Assembly (NCBI GenBank): GCA_963828255.1
Contig: CAWHDZ010000021.1
Span: 118,100-182,099, forward strand
Direction: 5' to 3'
DNA from: an uncultured delta proteobacterium
Lineage (GTDB): Bacteria > Myxococcota > Myxococcia > Myxococcales > Anaeromyxobacteraceae
DNA length: 64,000 bases
The notes under the pieces are model-generated. The model was not told the DNA's origin. It saw only the letters and a program-made list of their open reading frames with translations, and ran no database searches. Every line of letters begins with the position of its first letter. Position 1 is the stretch's first letter. This document shows, one piece after another, positions 1 through 11,758 of this stretch. A program made the translations under genes and the position numbers.

Positions 1-174
1 CTCGCCCTGCCCGAGCGTGGAGAGGACCTTCTCGACGGCGCCGACCCGGGCCGAGATGGAGACCTTTCCGCGGTTCACGACGTACATGTCGCCGCCCGGG
101 TCCCCCTCGCGGAAGAGCACCGTGCCGCGCGGAAACTCGCGGCCGAAGCGCCGCATCAGATCTCCCGGGTCCAC
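1..174 (-). CDS. Cyclic-nucleotide-binding domain protein (Crp/Fnr-like), N-terminal part only; runs off the window edge
   Basis: Manual translation from GTG at 174: [41 protein letters not shown]...LSTLGQGE, a typical cNMP-binding start (LFREGD..G..MYVV..G.V). Confidence 0.8.
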   Translation of the reverse strand, partial: MDPGDLMRRFGREFPRGTVLFREGDPGGDMYVVNRGKVSISARVGAVEKVLSTLGQGE

Positions 175-273
175 GGACGGTCCTTAGCCGACGGCGCTCC
201 GCGGTGTCAACGCGCGCGTGCCACGGCCGGTGACGCCTTGCGGCATCGCCGCGCATCCGGTAAGGGGGGGCGC

Positions 274-1308
274 ATGGCCACGACCTATCGCGACGCCGGC
301 GTCGACATCGACGAGGGCGATCGGCTCGTCGACCTCATCAAGCCCCTGGCGGGCCCCACCATGCGCCCCGAGGTGCTCGCCGGCATCGGCGGGTTCGGCG
401 GGCTCTTCGCCCTCGACGTGAAGAAGTACCGGGACCCGGTGCTGGTCTCGGGCACCGACGGGGTGGGCACCAAGCTCAAGCTGGCGTTCCTCACCGGCCG
501 CCACGACACCGTGGGCATCGACCTGGTCGCCATGTCGGTGAACGACGTGGCCGTGACCGGCGCCGAGCCGCTCTTCTTCCTCGACTACTTCGCCACCGGG
601 AAGCTGCGCGCCGAGGAGGCCGCACAGGTGGTGAAGGGCATCGCCGAGGGGTGCCGCCAGGCCGGCTGCGCCCTCATCGGCGGCGAGACCGCCGAGCTGC
701 CCGGCTTCTACGCCGACGGCGAGTACGACCTGGCCGGGTTCGCCGTCGGGGTGGTGGAGCGGGACCGGATCCTCGACGGCCGGAAGGTCCGCCCCGGCGA
801 CGCCCTGCTCGGCGTGGCCTCCACCGGCCTCCACTCCAACGGCTACTCGCTGGCCCGCAAGGTGCTGCTCGATCGCCACGCCCTCTCCGACCGGCCTCCC
901 GAGCTCTCCGGCCGGACCGTCGGCGAGGCGCTCCTCGAGCCCACCCGGATCTACGCCAAGGACATCCTGGCGCTGCTCGAGGGAACGCCGGTCCACGCCG
1001 TGGCCCACATCACCGGCGGCGGCCTCCCGGGGAACGCACCCCGCAACCTGCCCGACGGGACCCGCGCGGTGATCCGCGCCGGAAGCTGGCCCGTCCCCGC
1101 CATCTTCGGCCTCATCGAGCGGGAGGGCGCCGTTCCCCGCGACGAGATGTACCGGACCTTCAACATGGGGCTGGGGCTGGTGATCGCGCTGCCGGCCGCC
1201 TCCGCCGAGGCGGCCCGCGCCGTGCTGGCCGCGCGCGGCCTCTCGAGCTGGGTGGTGGGAACCGTCGAGCCGGGCGCCGGCGAGGCCACCTGCGAGGTGG
1301 TCGGGTGA
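274..1308 (+). CDS. purM: Phosphoribosylformylglycinamidine cyclo-ligase (AIR synthase)
   Basis: Motifs [53 protein letters not shown]. Confidence 0.97.
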   Translation: MATTYRDAGVDIDEGDRLVDLIKPLAGPTMRPEVLAGIGGFGGLFALDVKKYRDPVLVSGTDGVGTKLKLAFLTGRHDTVGIDLVAMSVNDVAVTGAEPLFFLDYFATGKLRAEEAAQVVKGIAEGCRQAGCALIGGETAELPGFYADGEYDLAGFAVGVVERDRILDGRKVRPGDALLGVASTGLHSNGYSLARKVLLDRHALSDRPPELSGRTVGEALLEPTRIYAKDILALLEGTPVHAVAHITGGGLPGNAPRNLPDGTRAVIRAGSWPVPAIFGLIEREGAVPRDEMYRTFNMGLGLVIALPAASAEAARAVLAARGLSSWVVGTVEPGAGEATCEVVG

Positions 1309-1982
1309 TCCGGGTCGGCGTCCTCGCCTCCGGATCGGGCTCGAACCTCCAGGCGATCCTCGACGCCGCGCGGGTCGGGCGCATCGACGTCACGGTCGCC
1401 GTGGTGGTCTGCAACGTGCCGGGGGCTCGCGCGCTGGAGCGGGCGCGGGTGGCCGGGGTTCCCGCCGAGCTCCTTCCGTCGAAGGGCGTCCCCGACCGGG
1501 AGGCCTACGACCGGGAGGTGGTGGAGAGGCTGCTCGCCCACCACGTGGACCTGGTCTGCCTGGCCGGCTGGATGCGCATCGTCACCCCCGCGTTCCTCGG
1601 GGCCTTCGCCCCCTCGCCGGAGAGCCACGGCTGCCCGCGCGTGATGAACGTGCACCCGGCGCTCTTGCCGAGCTTCCCGGGGCTCCACGCCCAGCGCCAG
1701 GCGCTCGACTACGGGGTGCGCTTCACCGGCTGCACGGTCCACTTCGTGGACTCCGGCACCGACACCGGACCGGTCATCGTCCAGGCCGCCGTCCCGGTGC
1801 TGCCCGGCGACGACGAGTCCACCCTCTCGGCCCGGATCCTCGTCGAGGAGCACCGCGTCTACCCGCTCGCCGTGCAGTGGTTCGCCGAGGGGCGGCTCTC
1901 CCTGGACGGCCGAAGGGTCGTGCTCCGCGACGCGGCCGCTCCCCTGATGGACGGCGTCGTGAACCCCTCCCAGGATCGCTGA
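1305..1982 (+). CDS. purN: Phosphoribosylglycinamide formyltransferase
   Basis: GTGA overlap with the purM stop; motifs [45 protein letters not shown]. Confidence 0.96.
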   Translation: MIRVGVLASGSGSNLQAILDAARVGRIDVTVAVVVCNVPGARALERARVAGVPAELLPSKGVPDREAYDREVVERLLAHHVDLVCLAGWMRIVTPAFLGAFAPSPESHGCPRVMNVHPALLPSFPGLHAQRQALDYGVRFTGCTVHFVDSGTDTGPVIVQAAVPVLPGDDESTLSARILVEEHRVYPLAVQWFAEGRLSLDGRRVVLRDAAAPLMDGVVNPSQDR

Positions 1983-1988
1983 CCCGCC

Positions 1989-3473
1989 TTGTCCGCCAAC
2001 ACCCGATCGCCCGCCGCCCCCCGCGCCGCCACGGTCCGGCGCGCCTACGACGTCTGCGTGATCGGGGCGCAACTGGGAGGGGTCGCCGCCGGGGCGCTGC
2101 TGGCCCGCCGCGGCTACCGGGTCCTCCACGTCGACCACGAGGGGATCGGCACGGGCTACGAGGACGGTGGCTGGAGGATCCCCTGGGGCCCGGCCATCGT
2201 CCCGGCCCTGCGATCCCACCCGGCGGCCGAGGCCGTCCTGGTCGAGCTCGGGCTCGCCACCGACGCCGTGCGCCTCCTCGAGCCGGCCCGCCCCGCGCTC
2301 CAGATCCTGCTCCCGCGCCACCGCGTGGACCTCCCCGCCTCGAAGGGGGAGCGCATCGCCGAGCTGCGCCGGGAGTGGCCGGACGACGCGCCCCGCCTCG
2401 ACGCGGCGCTCTCGGCCGCGCGCGCCGCCTTCGACGCCGAGCAGCCGCTCCTGGCCGCCTTCCCGCCGGTTCCCCCGCGCGGCCTCGTCGAACGCTTCCG
2501 GCTCCACCGCGCCAGGAAGCTCTCCCCCACCGGCGGCGCGCGGGCGCCGGACCCGCTCGCCGACCTGGGAGAGCACCCGCTCGCCTCGGCCCTCCGCGCC
2601 GCCTGGCCGTTCCTCGCCTTCCTCGACGGCCCACCCTCCCCGCTGGGGCTGGCCCGCACGCTGGGGGGCGCGCTGCAGGGCACGCTCCGCACGGCCGGAG
2701 GGGACGCCGCCATCGCCGCGCTGCTGCGCCGGCGCATCGCCGAGTCGCGCGGCGAGCTGCTCGGCGGCGAGGGGGAGCCCACACCGGTCACCGGCCTGGA
2801 GCTCGAGGGCGGGAAGGCCACGACACTGAAGGTGAAGGGAGGCGAGGCCCGCTACGCCGCCCGGGCCTTCCTCTACGCCGGGGAGGTCTCCGCGCTCCCG
2901 GCGCTCACCGGGAAGCCCGAGCGGCTGGAACGCTGGCTCGCCCCGGCCACCCCGTCGGGCCGGCTCGTCTCCCTGGCCTGGGTCCTGCGGGGCGACGCGC
3001 TGCCCGCGCCCCTCGGGGATCTCGCGCTGGCGATCGGGACGGACGGCGCCGCGGTCCTCCTCCAGGCGCTCCCCGCCCTCCGCGCCGGCCCGAAGGGGCC
3101 GGACGCCAGCCCGACCGAGCGGGTCCTCGTCGCCGCCACGCCGGTGCGGGGCCCCGGGGAGACCGCCGCCTGGGCCGTCGAGCGGATCCGCCGGACCGTG
3201 GCCGAGCACCTGCCGTTCCTCGACCGCGCCACCGTGCACGCATCCGACCCGGGCGACCGGCCCGGGGCGCGCGCCTTCCACCCCCTCTTCTCGATCCGCC
3301 CCGACCGGGCCCTGGGCATCGGAGGGGTCACCACGGTCTCCCCGATCGGCAACCTCTTCCTGGCCGGACGCGAGGTGGTCCCCGGGCTGGGCGCCGAGGG
3401 GCAGTTCCACTCGGCCTGGCAGGCCGCCGCGGCGATCGAACGGCACCTCGGAGCGAAGAACCGGCCGAAGTGA
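1989..3473 (+). CDS. FAD-dependent oxidoreductase, phytoene-desaturase-like fold
   Basis: N-terminal Rossmann-like [27 protein letters not shown] and C-terminal NLFLAG..V.PGLG.EG. Confidence 0.7.
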   Translation: MSANTRSPAAPRAATVRRAYDVCVIGAQLGGVAAGALLARRGYRVLHVDHEGIGTGYEDGGWRIPWGPAIVPALRSHPAAEAVLVELGLATDAVRLLEPARPALQILLPRHRVDLPASKGERIAELRREWPDDAPRLDAALSAARAAFDAEQPLLAAFPPVPPRGLVERFRLHRARKLSPTGGARAPDPLADLGEHPLASALRAAWPFLAFLDGPPSPLGLARTLGGALQGTLRTAGGDAAIAALLRRRIAESRGELLGGEGEPTPVTGLELEGGKATTLKVKGGEARYAARAFLYAGEVSALPALTGKPERLERWLAPATPSGRLVSLAWVLRGDALPAPLGDLALAIGTDGAAVLLQALPALRAGPKGPDASPTERVLVAATPVRGPGETAAWAVERIRRTVAEHLPFLDRATVHASDPGDRPGARAFHPLFSIRPDRALGIGGVTTVSPIGNLFLAGREVVPGLGAEGQFHSAWQAAAAIERHLGAKNRPK

Positions 3474-3474
3474 C

Positions 3475-3503
3475 TTGACGTGGGGCCCCGTCCCGCGTAA
3501 GAA
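3475..3503 (+). promoter_or_regulatory. Candidate sigma70 promoter for rpmB
   Basis: TTGACG (3475-3480), 17-nt spacer, TAAGAA (3498-3503); ATG at 3514. Confidence 0.6.
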
Positions 3504-3513
3504 CCCGCCCCCA

Positions 3514-3735
3514 ATGGCACGTCGATGCGACATCTGTGGGAAGGGGCCGCTCGTCGGCAACAACGTCTCCCACGCGAACAACAAGACCAAGACCCGCTCG
3601 CTCCCGAACCTCCGCTCCGTTCGGGCGACGGTGGACGGAACCGTCCGCCACGTCCGCATCTGCACCCGTTGCCTCAAGGCCGGCCGCGTCGTGAAGGCGC
3701 CGCACCACGGTGCGCGGGCTGCGGCACGGGCCTGA
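3514..3735 (+). CDS. rpmB: 50S ribosomal protein L28 (Zn-binding form with two CxxC pairs)
   Basis: [33 protein letters not shown]...RICTRCLK. Confidence 0.97.
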   Translation: MARRCDICGKGPLVGNNVSHANNKTKTRSLPNLRSVRATVDGTVRHVRICTRCLKAGRVVKAPHHGARAAARA

Positions 3736-5357
3736 TTCCGGATCCGAAGGGTGAGGCGGCTCCCGGTGACGGGGGAACGCTCGACCTGCGCCGTTCGCTC
3801 GCCCTGCTTCGCGGGCGGAAGCGGCTCGACCTGCTCCTCGACCAGCCCGACCCCCAGGCGGTCGTGCGGTCGCTCCCCGCCGACGAGCTCTACCACTCCA
3901 TCCAGGAAGCCGGCCTCACCGACGCCTCGGACGTGGTCCAGCTCGCCTCGCCCGAGCAGTTCCGCACCTTCGTGGACCTCGACGCCTGGCGTGGCGACGA
4001 GGTGGACCCGCTGCGCCTGGTCCCCTGGCTGCGGGTCGCCCGCGGCGCCCACTCCGGCGCCGACCGCGAGGCCGACCTCACCGCCTGGCGCGAGAAGCTC
4101 GCCGCCCTCGACCCCGAGCTGGTGAGCCTGCTGCTTCGCTCGGCGCTCCGGATCCACGACCTCGAGGAGGACGAGGACCCGGACTTCGAGAGCGAGCGGT
4201 TCATGCGGACGGCGGAGGGGCGCTACATCGTGGAGTTCCTGCCCGACGGCGCAGACTACGTCTCGGTGCGCCGGCTCGTGGACGACCTCTACGAGCGCGA
4301 TGCATTCATGGCCGGCCGGGTCCTCTCGGCGGTCCGCTGGGAGCTGGTGAGCGATCTCGAGGAGCAGGCGCTCCGCTGGCGGGAAGGCCGGCTCGCCGAT
4401 CTCGGCTACCCCACCTTCGAGGAGGCCCTCTCCTGGTTCGCCCGACCGGCGGCGCGCGGGAACGCCCCCGCCGGCCTGGCCGAGCGGCCGCCCGGGTTCT
4501 GGCTCGCCTCCTTCCGCCGCGAGACCCTCCTGGACCGCGCCGCGGCAGGGCTGCCCGCCGCGGCCCTCCCCCGCTTCGAGAGCGAGGCGCTCGCCGCCGC
4601 CAACGCGGCCATCGTCGCCGACCGGGTGGACCCCTCCGACCCCGAGGCGGTCCGCACGGCGGTCGAGTCGGCGCGGACGCTCCTCGAGCTGGGGCTCGAG
4701 TCCGTCTCCGGAGGCGACGTGGACGCAGCCACCCTGGCGCTCTCCTCGACGCCGCTCAAGTCGATCTTCCAGCGCGGCTTCGGCCGGCTCCTCGAGCTTC
4801 GCTGGAGGGCGGAGCGCATCCGCAAGGAGGCCGCCGCGGCCGGACCGCTCCCCGCGCTCGACTCCCCGGTCGGCGAGGCCTTCGCCGCGGTCCAGCGCCG
4901 CCGTCCCCGCTTCTTCCCGGGGCTCGAGCGGCCCGGCGAGGAGTGGGGCTCGGTGACCGCCGGGGCCTTCGTGGAACGCCCGTTTCGCTCCGCGAACGAG
5001 GTGGAACGCACCGCATCCGCCCTCGGCGACGCCGAGGGGCTCCTCGCCCTGGGGCGCTCCCTCGGGCTCGCGCCGTCCGCTGGGCCGAACCCGCCCTCGC
5101 TCGCCGCCCTCTACCTCACCGCGCTGGCCAACGAGCGGCTGGGGCGCGCCTTCTCGCCGGCGCCGCTCCTCCGCACGGAGATCCCCGCCGCCACCCGGGC
5201 CCTCGAGCGCATCGAGGATCCCCGGCTCTCCGGCGCCGGGGCTCCTGGCGCGCTCCTCCTCGTCATGGCCCGGAACCGCGCCGCCGAGCTCGCGCCGGTC
5301 CGGGTGGGCGAGGAGCCGCCTCCCGGCTCGATCGCCGCGGTGCTGGTCTCCGGGTAG
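3732..5357 (+). CDS. Conserved myxobacterial/deltaproteobacterial hypothetical protein (DUF6178-like); start uncertain, possibly CTG
   Basis: Long coding-like frame with motifs [55 protein letters not shown] that I associate with DUF6178. Confidence 0.65.
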   Translation: MIPDPKGEAAPGDGGTLDLRRSLALLRGRKRLDLLLDQPDPQAVVRSLPADELYHSIQEAGLTDASDVVQLASPEQFRTFVDLDAWRGDEVDPLRLVPWLRVARGAHSGADREADLTAWREKLAALDPELVSLLLRSALRIHDLEEDEDPDFESERFMRTAEGRYIVEFLPDGADYVSVRRLVDDLYERDAFMAGRVLSAVRWELVSDLEEQALRWREGRLADLGYPTFEEALSWFARPAARGNAPAGLAERPPGFWLASFRRETLLDRAAAGLPAAALPRFESEALAAANAAIVADRVDPSDPEAVRTAVESARTLLELGLESVSGGDVDAATLALSSTPLKSIFQRGFGRLLELRWRAERIRKEAAAAGPLPALDSPVGEAFAAVQRRRPRFFPGLERPGEEWGSVTAGAFVERPFRSANEVERTASALGDAEGLLALGRSLGLAPSAGPNPPSLAALYLTALANERLGRAFSPAPLLRTEIPAATRALERIEDPRLSGAGAPGALLLVMARNRAAELAPVRVGEEPPPGSIAAVLVSG

Positions 5358-5384
5358 GCCCCCCCGCCCTCGGAGCGCCGCCCG

Positions 5385-6392
5385 TCATGCCGGGCGCGCT
5401 CCCTCGACGAAGGTGGCCTCGCGCGCCCAGCGGAAGGCCTGGTCGATCTGCTCGTCGGCCAGCACCCCGTCGCGGCGCAGCATCTCCACCTCGCGCCGCA
5501 AGTCGGTGTCGAGCAGGTACGGGCCGTCGGTGTTGATGGTGAAGCGCACCCCGGCGCGCCAGAGCTTCTGGAGCACCTCGCGCATCTCCGCCGTCCCCGA
5601 GACGGCGCGGGTGGCCAGGTTCGACGTCGGGCAGATCTCGAGCGTCACGCCCCTCTCCCGCAGGAGCGCCATCACGCTCTCGTCCTGCGCGGCCCGGATG
5701 CCGTGGCCGATCCGGTCGGGCTCGAGCTGCTCCACCACGGCCCGGACCCCCTCCGCGCCGGTGCCGGCGGTCTCGCCGGTGTGCACGGTGGTCCTGAGGC
5801 CCGCCTTGCGGGCGTGGGCGAAGAGCGCGCGGTACTTCCCCACCGCCGCCGGGTCGAGCTCGAGCGCGTTGCGCTCGGTTCCGGCCAGGTCGATCCCCAC
5901 CACGCCCCGCTTCTGGTAGCGGATGGCCTTCTCCACGATGATCTCGTTCAGGTGGGGCTCGAACTCGCGGGCCAGGCAGAAGATGAGGCCGGCCTGCACG
6001 CCGTACTCGAGCACCCCCCGGTCCATCCCGCGGAGCGCGGCATGGATGATGTGGTCGAGGTCCCGCTCGCCGCCCTGGTTGCGCTTCATGGGGTTGAAGC
6101 GCAGCTCGATCAGGTTCACGCGGGAGGAGCGGTACTCCTTCCCGATGATCTCGTGGACGCTGCGCTCCATGGCCTGGGGCGACGACTGGATGCGCTCCGT
6201 CCACTGGTGGAGCACGGCCAGGTACTCGTCGAGCGACTTCACCTTCCCGGGGCGTGCGGAGACCAGTTCCCGGAACTCCCAGTAGTCGGCCACCGGGAGC
6301 TTCAAGCCCTGCTCGTGCGCGATGGACCAGAGGGTGTGGGGCGCCGCCGCCCCTCCCACGTGGATGTGGAGGTCGGAGAGGTCCCGCGTCAC
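5385..6392 (-). CDS. add: Adenosine/AMP deaminase family amidohydrolase
   Basis: Motifs DLHIHVGG, ELRFNP, GIDLAG.E, HTGE, RIGHG, EICPTSN, INTDGP. Confidence 0.85.
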   Translation of the reverse strand: MTRDLSDLHIHVGGAAAPHTLWSIAHEQGLKLPVADYWEFRELVSARPGKVKSLDEYLAVLHQWTERIQSSPQAMERSVHEIIGKEYRSSRVNLIELRFNPMKRNQGGERDLDHIIHAALRGMDRGVLEYGVQAGLIFCLAREFEPHLNEIIVEKAIRYQKRGVVGIDLAGTERNALELDPAAVGKYRALFAHARKAGLRTTVHTGETAGTGAEGVRAVVEQLEPDRIGHGIRAAQDESVMALLRERGVTLEICPTSNLATRAVSGTAEMREVLQKLWRAGVRFTINTDGPYLLDTDLRREVEMLRRDGVLADEQIDQAFRWAREATFVEGARPA

Positions 6393-6414
6393 GACGGCCG
6401 ACCGCGCGACCCGG

Positions 6415-6891
6415 TCAATGCTCTGCCTCGTCGGGCGCAGCGTCGCCCGCCGCGCCGAGCCCGAGCCCGCAGTCGGGGCACTCGGCGGCGCTGCCGGCCG
6501 GCGTGAAGCGGTGTCCGCAGGCCGGGCACTGGATCTCGCCCCCCGCGTCGAGGTCCACGCCGCGCAGCCCGCGCTCCGCCGCCTCCCGCGCCCCGGTCTC
6601 GACCAGGAGGTCGGCCCATTCGGCCCGCAGGGCCGCCTGGGCGGCCTCCACCTCGGCCGCGGGGACGTAGAGGTTCCAGAGCGGATGCTGCTTCTGCTCG
6701 GGCCGCCCGGGCGGAACCTGCTCCATTCCCGGGGAGAGCCCCTCGCCCTCGAGGGCCTCCATCATCTCCTTCACCGATGCGTAGCCGGACCGCGAGAGCA
6801 ACCTCAGCCCTTCCCCCTCCGCGGCGCAGGTCACGCAGGTCCCGGCGTCGTCGAGCGGGGTGTTGCACTTCGGACATCCGGCCACGGCCAT
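6415..6891 (-). CDS. Small protein with two zinc ribbons around a DUF2007-like core
   Basis: AGGAG RBS before ATG 6891; CPKC..CVTC at the N-terminus, CPAC..CPDC at the C-terminus, central [11 protein letters not shown]. Confidence 0.7.
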   Translation of the reverse strand: MAVAGCPKCNTPLDDAGTCVTCAAEGEGLRLLSRSGYASVKEMMEALEGEGLSPGMEQVPPGRPEQKQHPLWNLYVPAAEVEAAQAALRAEWADLLVETGAREAAERGLRGVDLDAGGEIQCPACGHRFTPAGSAAECPDCGLGLGAAGDAAPDEAEH

Positions 6892-6958
6892 GGTGCTCCT
6901 CCTCGGTCGCCGGATGTTCGCCCTCCCCGGCGCTCCCACGGCTATACTCCCACGCCTC

Positions 6959-7798
6959 ATGATCATCGACGGAAAACAGGTTGCCGCGAAGGTCCGCGCC
7001 GAGGTCGCAGACCTCGTGCGGGAGATGACCCGGCAGGGACTCGTGCCCGGGCTGACCGTGGTCCGCGTCGGGGACGACCCGGCCTCGGCGGTCTACGTCC
7101 GGGGGAAGCGAAAGGCCTGCGAGGAGGTGGGGATGCGCTCGGTGGAGCACCATCTCCCGGCCACCGTGGGGGAGGTCGAGCTCCTCGACCTCATCGCCCG
7201 CCTGAACGGCGACCCCGAGACCCACGGCATCCTGGTGCAGCTCCCGCTGCCGAAGCAGATCGACGAGTCGAAGGTGCTCGACGCCATCTCGCCGGCCAAG
7301 GACGCCGACGGCTTCCACCCCGTGAACGTGGGAGCGCTCTGGCTCGGGAAGCCCGCCCCCCGCCCGTGCACCCCGGCCGGGGTGATGCGGCTCCTCGACG
7401 AGGCGGGCGTCGATCCCAAGGGGAAGCGGGCGCTCGTCATCGGCCGCTCCCACATCGTCGGCAAGCCCATGGCGGCCATGCTCCTCGACCGCCACGCCAC
7501 GGTGACGGTGGCCCACTCCCGGACCGAGGACCTGGCCGGCGAGGTGGGCCGCGCAGACATCCTGGTGGCCGCCATCGGCAAGGCCGAGATGGTCAAGGGC
7601 GCCTGGGTGAAGCCGGGCTCCGTGGTCATCGACGTGGGGATGAACCGGAAGGCCGACGGGAAGCTCTGCGGCGACGTCGAGTTCGTCGAGGCCGAGAAGC
7701 GGGCCGGGGCGATCACCCCCGTGCCCGGCGGCGTCGGCCCGATGACCATCGCCATGCTGCTCGTGAACACCCTCGCGCTTGCCCGCCGGGCGCGATGA
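6959..7798 (+). CDS. folD: Bifunctional methylenetetrahydrofolate dehydrogenase/cyclohydrolase
   Basis: Motifs [62 protein letters not shown]. Confidence 0.97.
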   Translation: MIIDGKQVAAKVRAEVADLVREMTRQGLVPGLTVVRVGDDPASAVYVRGKRKACEEVGMRSVEHHLPATVGEVELLDLIARLNGDPETHGILVQLPLPKQIDESKVLDAISPAKDADGFHPVNVGALWLGKPAPRPCTPAGVMRLLDEAGVDPKGKRALVIGRSHIVGKPMAAMLLDRHATVTVAHSRTEDLAGEVGRADILVAAIGKAEMVKGAWVKPGSVVIDVGMNRKADGKLCGDVEFVEAEKRAGAITPVPGGVGPMTIAMLLVNTLALARRAR

Positions 7799-8880
7799 GG
7801 TTCGTGGTCGCCGCGGCGCTCGTCCTGGCTGCGGCCTGCACGCAGGGGTCCGACTTCGTGCTTCGCCCGGAGCCGCTCGGCCCCGCGCCCGCCCCGGCCA
7901 CGGTGGTCTTCCGGGCCATCCACATCGCGGACTTCGGCGACGACACCCGCCTGCAGGGCAAGGTGGCCGAGGCCATGGCGGCCACCGCGCGCGCGCTGCC
8001 GGTGGATCTCGTCCTCCACCCCGGGGACAACGTCTACGAGTGCGGCCCCGACCCGATGCTGCCCGGGGCGGAGCGGTGCGCGTTCGGCCCCGACCAGAAC
8101 GCCGTTGCGCCCGGCTACGTGCCGCCGAGGGATCCGTCCTTCGAGAACCTCTTCGAGAGGCCGCTCGCCGGCGTGGTGCGCGATGGCAAGCCGGTCCCGG
8201 TGCTCCTCACCCTGGGAAACCACGACGTGGCGGCAATGGGTACCTGCGCCTCCGGGGGCGAGGCGCGGGTGATCGCCCGGCGGCGCGCCTGCCTGGAGGT
8301 GGCCCACCGGTCGCCGAGCTGGTCCATGCCGGGCCGCCACTGGGTCGAGGACCGTGGACCGGTGCGGTTCATCGGCATCGACTCCAACCTCATCAAGCGC
8401 GACTACGGCGGCTTCTCCTTCGATGACGAGGTCGCCTTCGTGACCGAGGCCGCGCGCCCTTGCAAGGAGCGGCTCTGCTTCATCGTCTCCCATCACCCGA
8501 GCGCCTCGGCCGGGGAGCACCGCGCCGACGCGACGCCCGAATACCTGGCCCGGGTGAAGCGCATCGAGGAGGCGGCCGGCCCCGTCGCCGGCTGGATGGC
8601 CGGCCACGAGCACCAGCTCGAGCACCTCCGGGCTCCCTCCGGCTACGACGTCTTCATCGCGGCCAGCGGTTCCCGCGACCGTCCGGGCGAACGGTTCACC
8701 GCCGTCTCCGTGCCCGGCGCCCGCCTCCTCTTCGCCACCACCCGGCCCGGCTTCGGGCTCCTCGAGGTGGCGGCCGGCGGCGGCTGGGCCTACCGCTTCC
8801 TCGACCAGTCGGGCAAGAACATCCAGTGCTGCACGGCCCCTGCACGGGGGGCCTGCACGCCGGTGACCTGCCCTCCATGA
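7795..8880 (+). CDS. Metallophosphoesterase (calcineurin-like), predicted lipoprotein
   Basis: Lipobox LAAAC; motifs ADFG, GDNVY, LGNHD, SHHP, AGHEH; ATGA overlap with folD. Confidence 0.85.
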   Translation: MRFVVAAALVLAAACTQGSDFVLRPEPLGPAPAPATVVFRAIHIADFGDDTRLQGKVAEAMAATARALPVDLVLHPGDNVYECGPDPMLPGAERCAFGPDQNAVAPGYVPPRDPSFENLFERPLAGVVRDGKPVPVLLTLGNHDVAAMGTCASGGEARVIARRRACLEVAHRSPSWSMPGRHWVEDRGPVRFIGIDSNLIKRDYGGFSFDDEVAFVTEAARPCKERLCFIVSHHPSASAGEHRADATPEYLARVKRIEEAAGPVAGWMAGHEHQLEHLRAPSGYDVFIAASGSRDRPGERFTAVSVPGARLLFATTRPGFGLLEVAAGGGWAYRFLDQSGKNIQCCTAPARGACTPVTCPP

Positions 8881-8884
8881 TGCC

Positions 8885-8912
8885 TTGACCCTCGGGGGGC
8901 GGCCGATACAAT
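8885..8912 (+). promoter_or_regulatory. Candidate sigma70 promoter for the gcv operon
   Basis: TTGACC (8885-8890), 16-nt spacer, TACAAT (8907-8912). Confidence 0.55.
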
Positions 8913-8934
8913 CCCGCCGCCCTCCCCTACCCCG

Positions 8935-10026
8935 GTGGCCCAGATGGCGAAGCGCACCCCGCTCCACGACGTACACGTGCAATCCGGCGCCCGGATGGTC
9001 GAGTTCGCCGGCTGGGACATGCCGGTCCAGTACTCGGGCGTCCTCGACGAGCACGAGGCGGTGCGCACCCGCGCCGGCCTCTTCGACGTCTCCCACATGG
9101 GCGAGGTGGTCTTCCGCGGGCCCAAGGCGCTCGAGGCGCTCAACCGGGTCTTCACGAACGACCTCTCCCGCGTGGCCGACGGCCAGGCCCAGTACGGCTG
9201 CCTGTGCCGCGAGGACGGCGGCATCGTCGACGACGTCGTGATCTACCGTCGCTCGGCCGAGGACCTCCTGGTCTGCGTGAACGCCGGGAACCGCCAGAAG
9301 GACTTCGAATGGCTGCGCGACCACGCCGGCGGCGCGCAGGTGGCCAACGAATCGGACGACTGGGTCCAGCTGGCCCTGCAGGGGCCCCGGGCCCAGGCCA
9401 TCCTCACGCCCCTCACCGGCGCCGACCTGGCGAAGCTCGCGACCTTCCACTTCGTGGAAGGCGACGTGGCGGGCGTGCCCTGCACCATCGCCCGCACCGG
9501 CTACACCGGCGAGGACGGGTTCGAGCTCTTCTGCCGCCCGGCGCTGGGCGTGAAGCTCTGGAAGGCGCTCATGGAGGCCGGGAAGGCCGAGGGGCTGGTC
9601 CCGGCCGGCCTGGGCGCCCGCGACACGCTGCGGCTCGAGGTGGCCTACCGGCTCTACGGCAACGACATGGACGACGCCACCACCCCGCTCGAGGCCGGCC
9701 TGGGCTGGGTGGTCAAGCTCGACAAGGGCGACTTCATCGGCCGCGACGCCCTGCTCCGCCAGAAGGCGGCCGGCCTGCCCCGCAAGCTGGTGGGCTTCGT
9801 CCTCACCGATCCGGGCATCGCCCGCCACGGCTTCGACGTGCTCCACGACGGCAAGAAGGTCGGGGTGGTGGCCAGCGGCACCAAGTCACCTACCGTGAAA
9901 ACCTCCATCGGGCTGGCCTTCGTCCCGCCCGCGCTGGCCGCGGAGGGCTCCAGCTTCGCGGTGGACATCCGGGGCCGGCCCGCTGCTGCACAGGTTGTGA
10001 AGACGCCCTTCTACACGAGGAAATGA
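8935..10026 (+). CDS. gcvT: Glycine cleavage system aminomethyltransferase T (start could be ATG 8944)
   Basis: Motifs RTPLHD.H, FAGWDMPVQY, FDVSHMGE, RTGYTGEDGFE, GLGARDTLRLE. Confidence 0.97.
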   Translation: MAQMAKRTPLHDVHVQSGARMVEFAGWDMPVQYSGVLDEHEAVRTRAGLFDVSHMGEVVFRGPKALEALNRVFTNDLSRVADGQAQYGCLCREDGGIVDDVVIYRRSAEDLLVCVNAGNRQKDFEWLRDHAGGAQVANESDDWVQLALQGPRAQAILTPLTGADLAKLATFHFVEGDVAGVPCTIARTGYTGEDGFELFCRPALGVKLWKALMEAGKAEGLVPAGLGARDTLRLEVAYRLYGNDMDDATTPLEAGLGWVVKLDKGDFIGRDALLRQKAAGLPRKLVGFVLTDPGIARHGFDVLHDGKKVGVVASGTKSPTVKTSIGLAFVPPALAAEGSSFAVDIRGRPAAAQVVKTPFYTRK

Positions 10027-10028
10027 CC

Positions 10029-10418
10029 ATGAACTTTCCCGAGGATCTGAAGTACACCCGCGATCACGAGTGGGCCCGCATCCAGGGCGCCAAGGTCACT
10101 GTGGGCATCACCGACTTCGCCCAGGACCAGCTGGGGGACGTGGTCTACGTCGAGCTCCCCGATGTCGGCGACGTGATCAAGAAGGGCGAGACCTTCGGCG
10201 TGGTCGAGTCCACCAAGGCCGTCTCCGACCTCTTCGCCCCGATCACCGGCAAGGTGATCGAGGTGAACGGACCGCTCGTCGACGCCCCGGAGACCGTCAA
10301 CGAGGACCCCTACGAGGAGGGCTGGATGATCGTCGTGGAGGCCTCCGACCCGAAGGAGCTCGCCGAGCTCCTGGATGCCGCCGCCTACCGGAAGTTCGTC
10401 GAGGAAGAGCAGGAGTAG
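10029..10418 (+). CDS. gcvH: Glycine cleavage system H protein
   Basis: Motifs HEWA, GITDFAQDQLGDVVYVELP, VESTKAVSD (lipoyl lysine), NEDPY.EGW. Confidence 0.97.
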   Translation: MNFPEDLKYTRDHEWARIQGAKVTVGITDFAQDQLGDVVYVELPDVGDVIKKGETFGVVESTKAVSDLFAPITGKVIEVNGPLVDAPETVNEDPYEEGWMIVVEASDPKELAELLDAAAYRKFVEEEQE

Positions 10419-10421
10419 ACC

Positions 10422-11756
10422 TTGCGCTACCATCCCCACACCCCTGGTGACGTCCGGCGGATGCTGGACGTCTGCGGGGTGTCGTCCGTCTCCGAGCTGT
10501 TCCGCTCCATCCCCGAGGGGCTCCGCCTGGCGAGGCCGCTCGACGTCCCGGCCGCGACCGACGAGGTGTCGCTCCTCTCCGAGTTCCAGCGCCTCGCGGC
10601 GCGGAACCGGACCGAGCACCCGCCCTTCGTCGGGGCCGGCGCCTACGCGCACCACGTCCCGCCGGTGGTGGACCAGTTGCTCCTGCGGGGCGAGTTCTTC
10701 ACGGCCTACACCCCGTACCAGCCGGAGATCGCCCAGGGCACGCTGCAGGCCCTCTTCGAGTGGCAGACCTTCGTGACCCTGCTGACCGGGCTCGAGATCT
10801 CCAACGCCTCCATGTACGACGGCGCCTCGGCGACGGCCGAGGCGGTCCTGCTCGCCACCCGGACCACCAGCCGCGACAAGGTGGTGGTGAGCGCCGCGCT
10901 CCACCCCGAGTACCGCAAGGTGCTCGCCACCTACCTGGCCTCCACCGGCGACGAGATCGTCACCGTCCCCCACGGCGCCGACGGCCGCACCGATCTGGCC
11001 GCGCTCGACGCGGTGGTGGACGACCGGACGGCCGCGGTGGTCGTCGGCTACCCCAACTTCTTCGGCGTGATCGACGCGCTGCCCGAGGCCGCGGCCATCG
11101 CGAAGCGCGCTGGGGCGCTCTGCGTCTCGGTCACCTCCGAGGCGGTCTCGCTCGGCCTCCTCCAGGCCCCCGGCGCCCTGGGCGCCGACGTGGCGGTGGG
11201 AACGCTGCAGAGCTTCGGCAACGGCCTCAACTTCGGGGGGCCGGCGCCGGGATTCCTGGCCATCCGCGAGGGGCTCGTCCGGCAGATGCCGGGCCGGGTG
11301 GCCGGCGCCACCGTGGACCGCAACGGTCGCCGCGGCTTCGTCCTCACCCTCTCCACCCGCGAGCAGCACATCCGGCGCGAGAAGGCCACGTCCAACATCT
11401 GCACCAACGCCGGGCTGGCGGCGCTCGCCGCCACCATCCACCTCTCGCTGCTCGGGAAGTCCGGGCTGGCACACCTGGCCCGCCTGAACCACGCCCGGGG
11501 CAGGCAGCTCCGCGACGCCATGAAGAAGGCCGGGTTCGGACCGTGCTTCTCCGGACCGACGTTCAACGAGGCCGCCTTCGAGGTCGGCGACGCCGCCGCC
11601 GTCGTGGAGCGGCTGGCCAGGAAGGGCATCGCCGCCGGCGTCCCGCTCTCCCGCTGGTATCCCGAGCCCGGGATGAAGGGCGCGCTCCTCAGCGTCGCCA
11701 CCGAGTTGCACACTCCCGAGCTCATCGAGCTCTTCGCGCAGTCGGTGAGGGGATAG
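10422..11756 (+). CDS. gcvPA: Glycine dehydrogenase subunit 1
   Basis: Motifs [43 protein letters not shown]. Confidence 0.96.
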   Translation: MRYHPHTPGDVRRMLDVCGVSSVSELFRSIPEGLRLARPLDVPAATDEVSLLSEFQRLAARNRTEHPPFVGAGAYAHHVPPVVDQLLLRGEFFTAYTPYQPEIAQGTLQALFEWQTFVTLLTGLEISNASMYDGASATAEAVLLATRTTSRDKVVVSAALHPEYRKVLATYLASTGDEIVTVPHGADGRTDLAALDAVVDDRTAAVVVGYPNFFGVIDALPEAAAIAKRAGALCVSVTSEAVSLGLLQAPGALGADVAVGTLQSFGNGLNFGGPAPGFLAIREGLVRQMPGRVAGATVDRNGRRGFVLTLSTREQHIRREKATSNICTNAGLAALAATIHLSLLGKSGLAHLARLNHARGRQLRDAMKKAGFGPCFSGPTFNEAAFEVGDAAAVVERLARKGIAAGVPLSRWYPEPGMKGALLSVATELHTPELIELFAQSVRG

Positions 11757-11758
11757 AC

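Noticed and set aside
8881..8943. Glycine riboswitch upstream of gcvT
   Set aside because: The gap is about 55 nt, is occupied by a promoter, and shows no aptamer motif.
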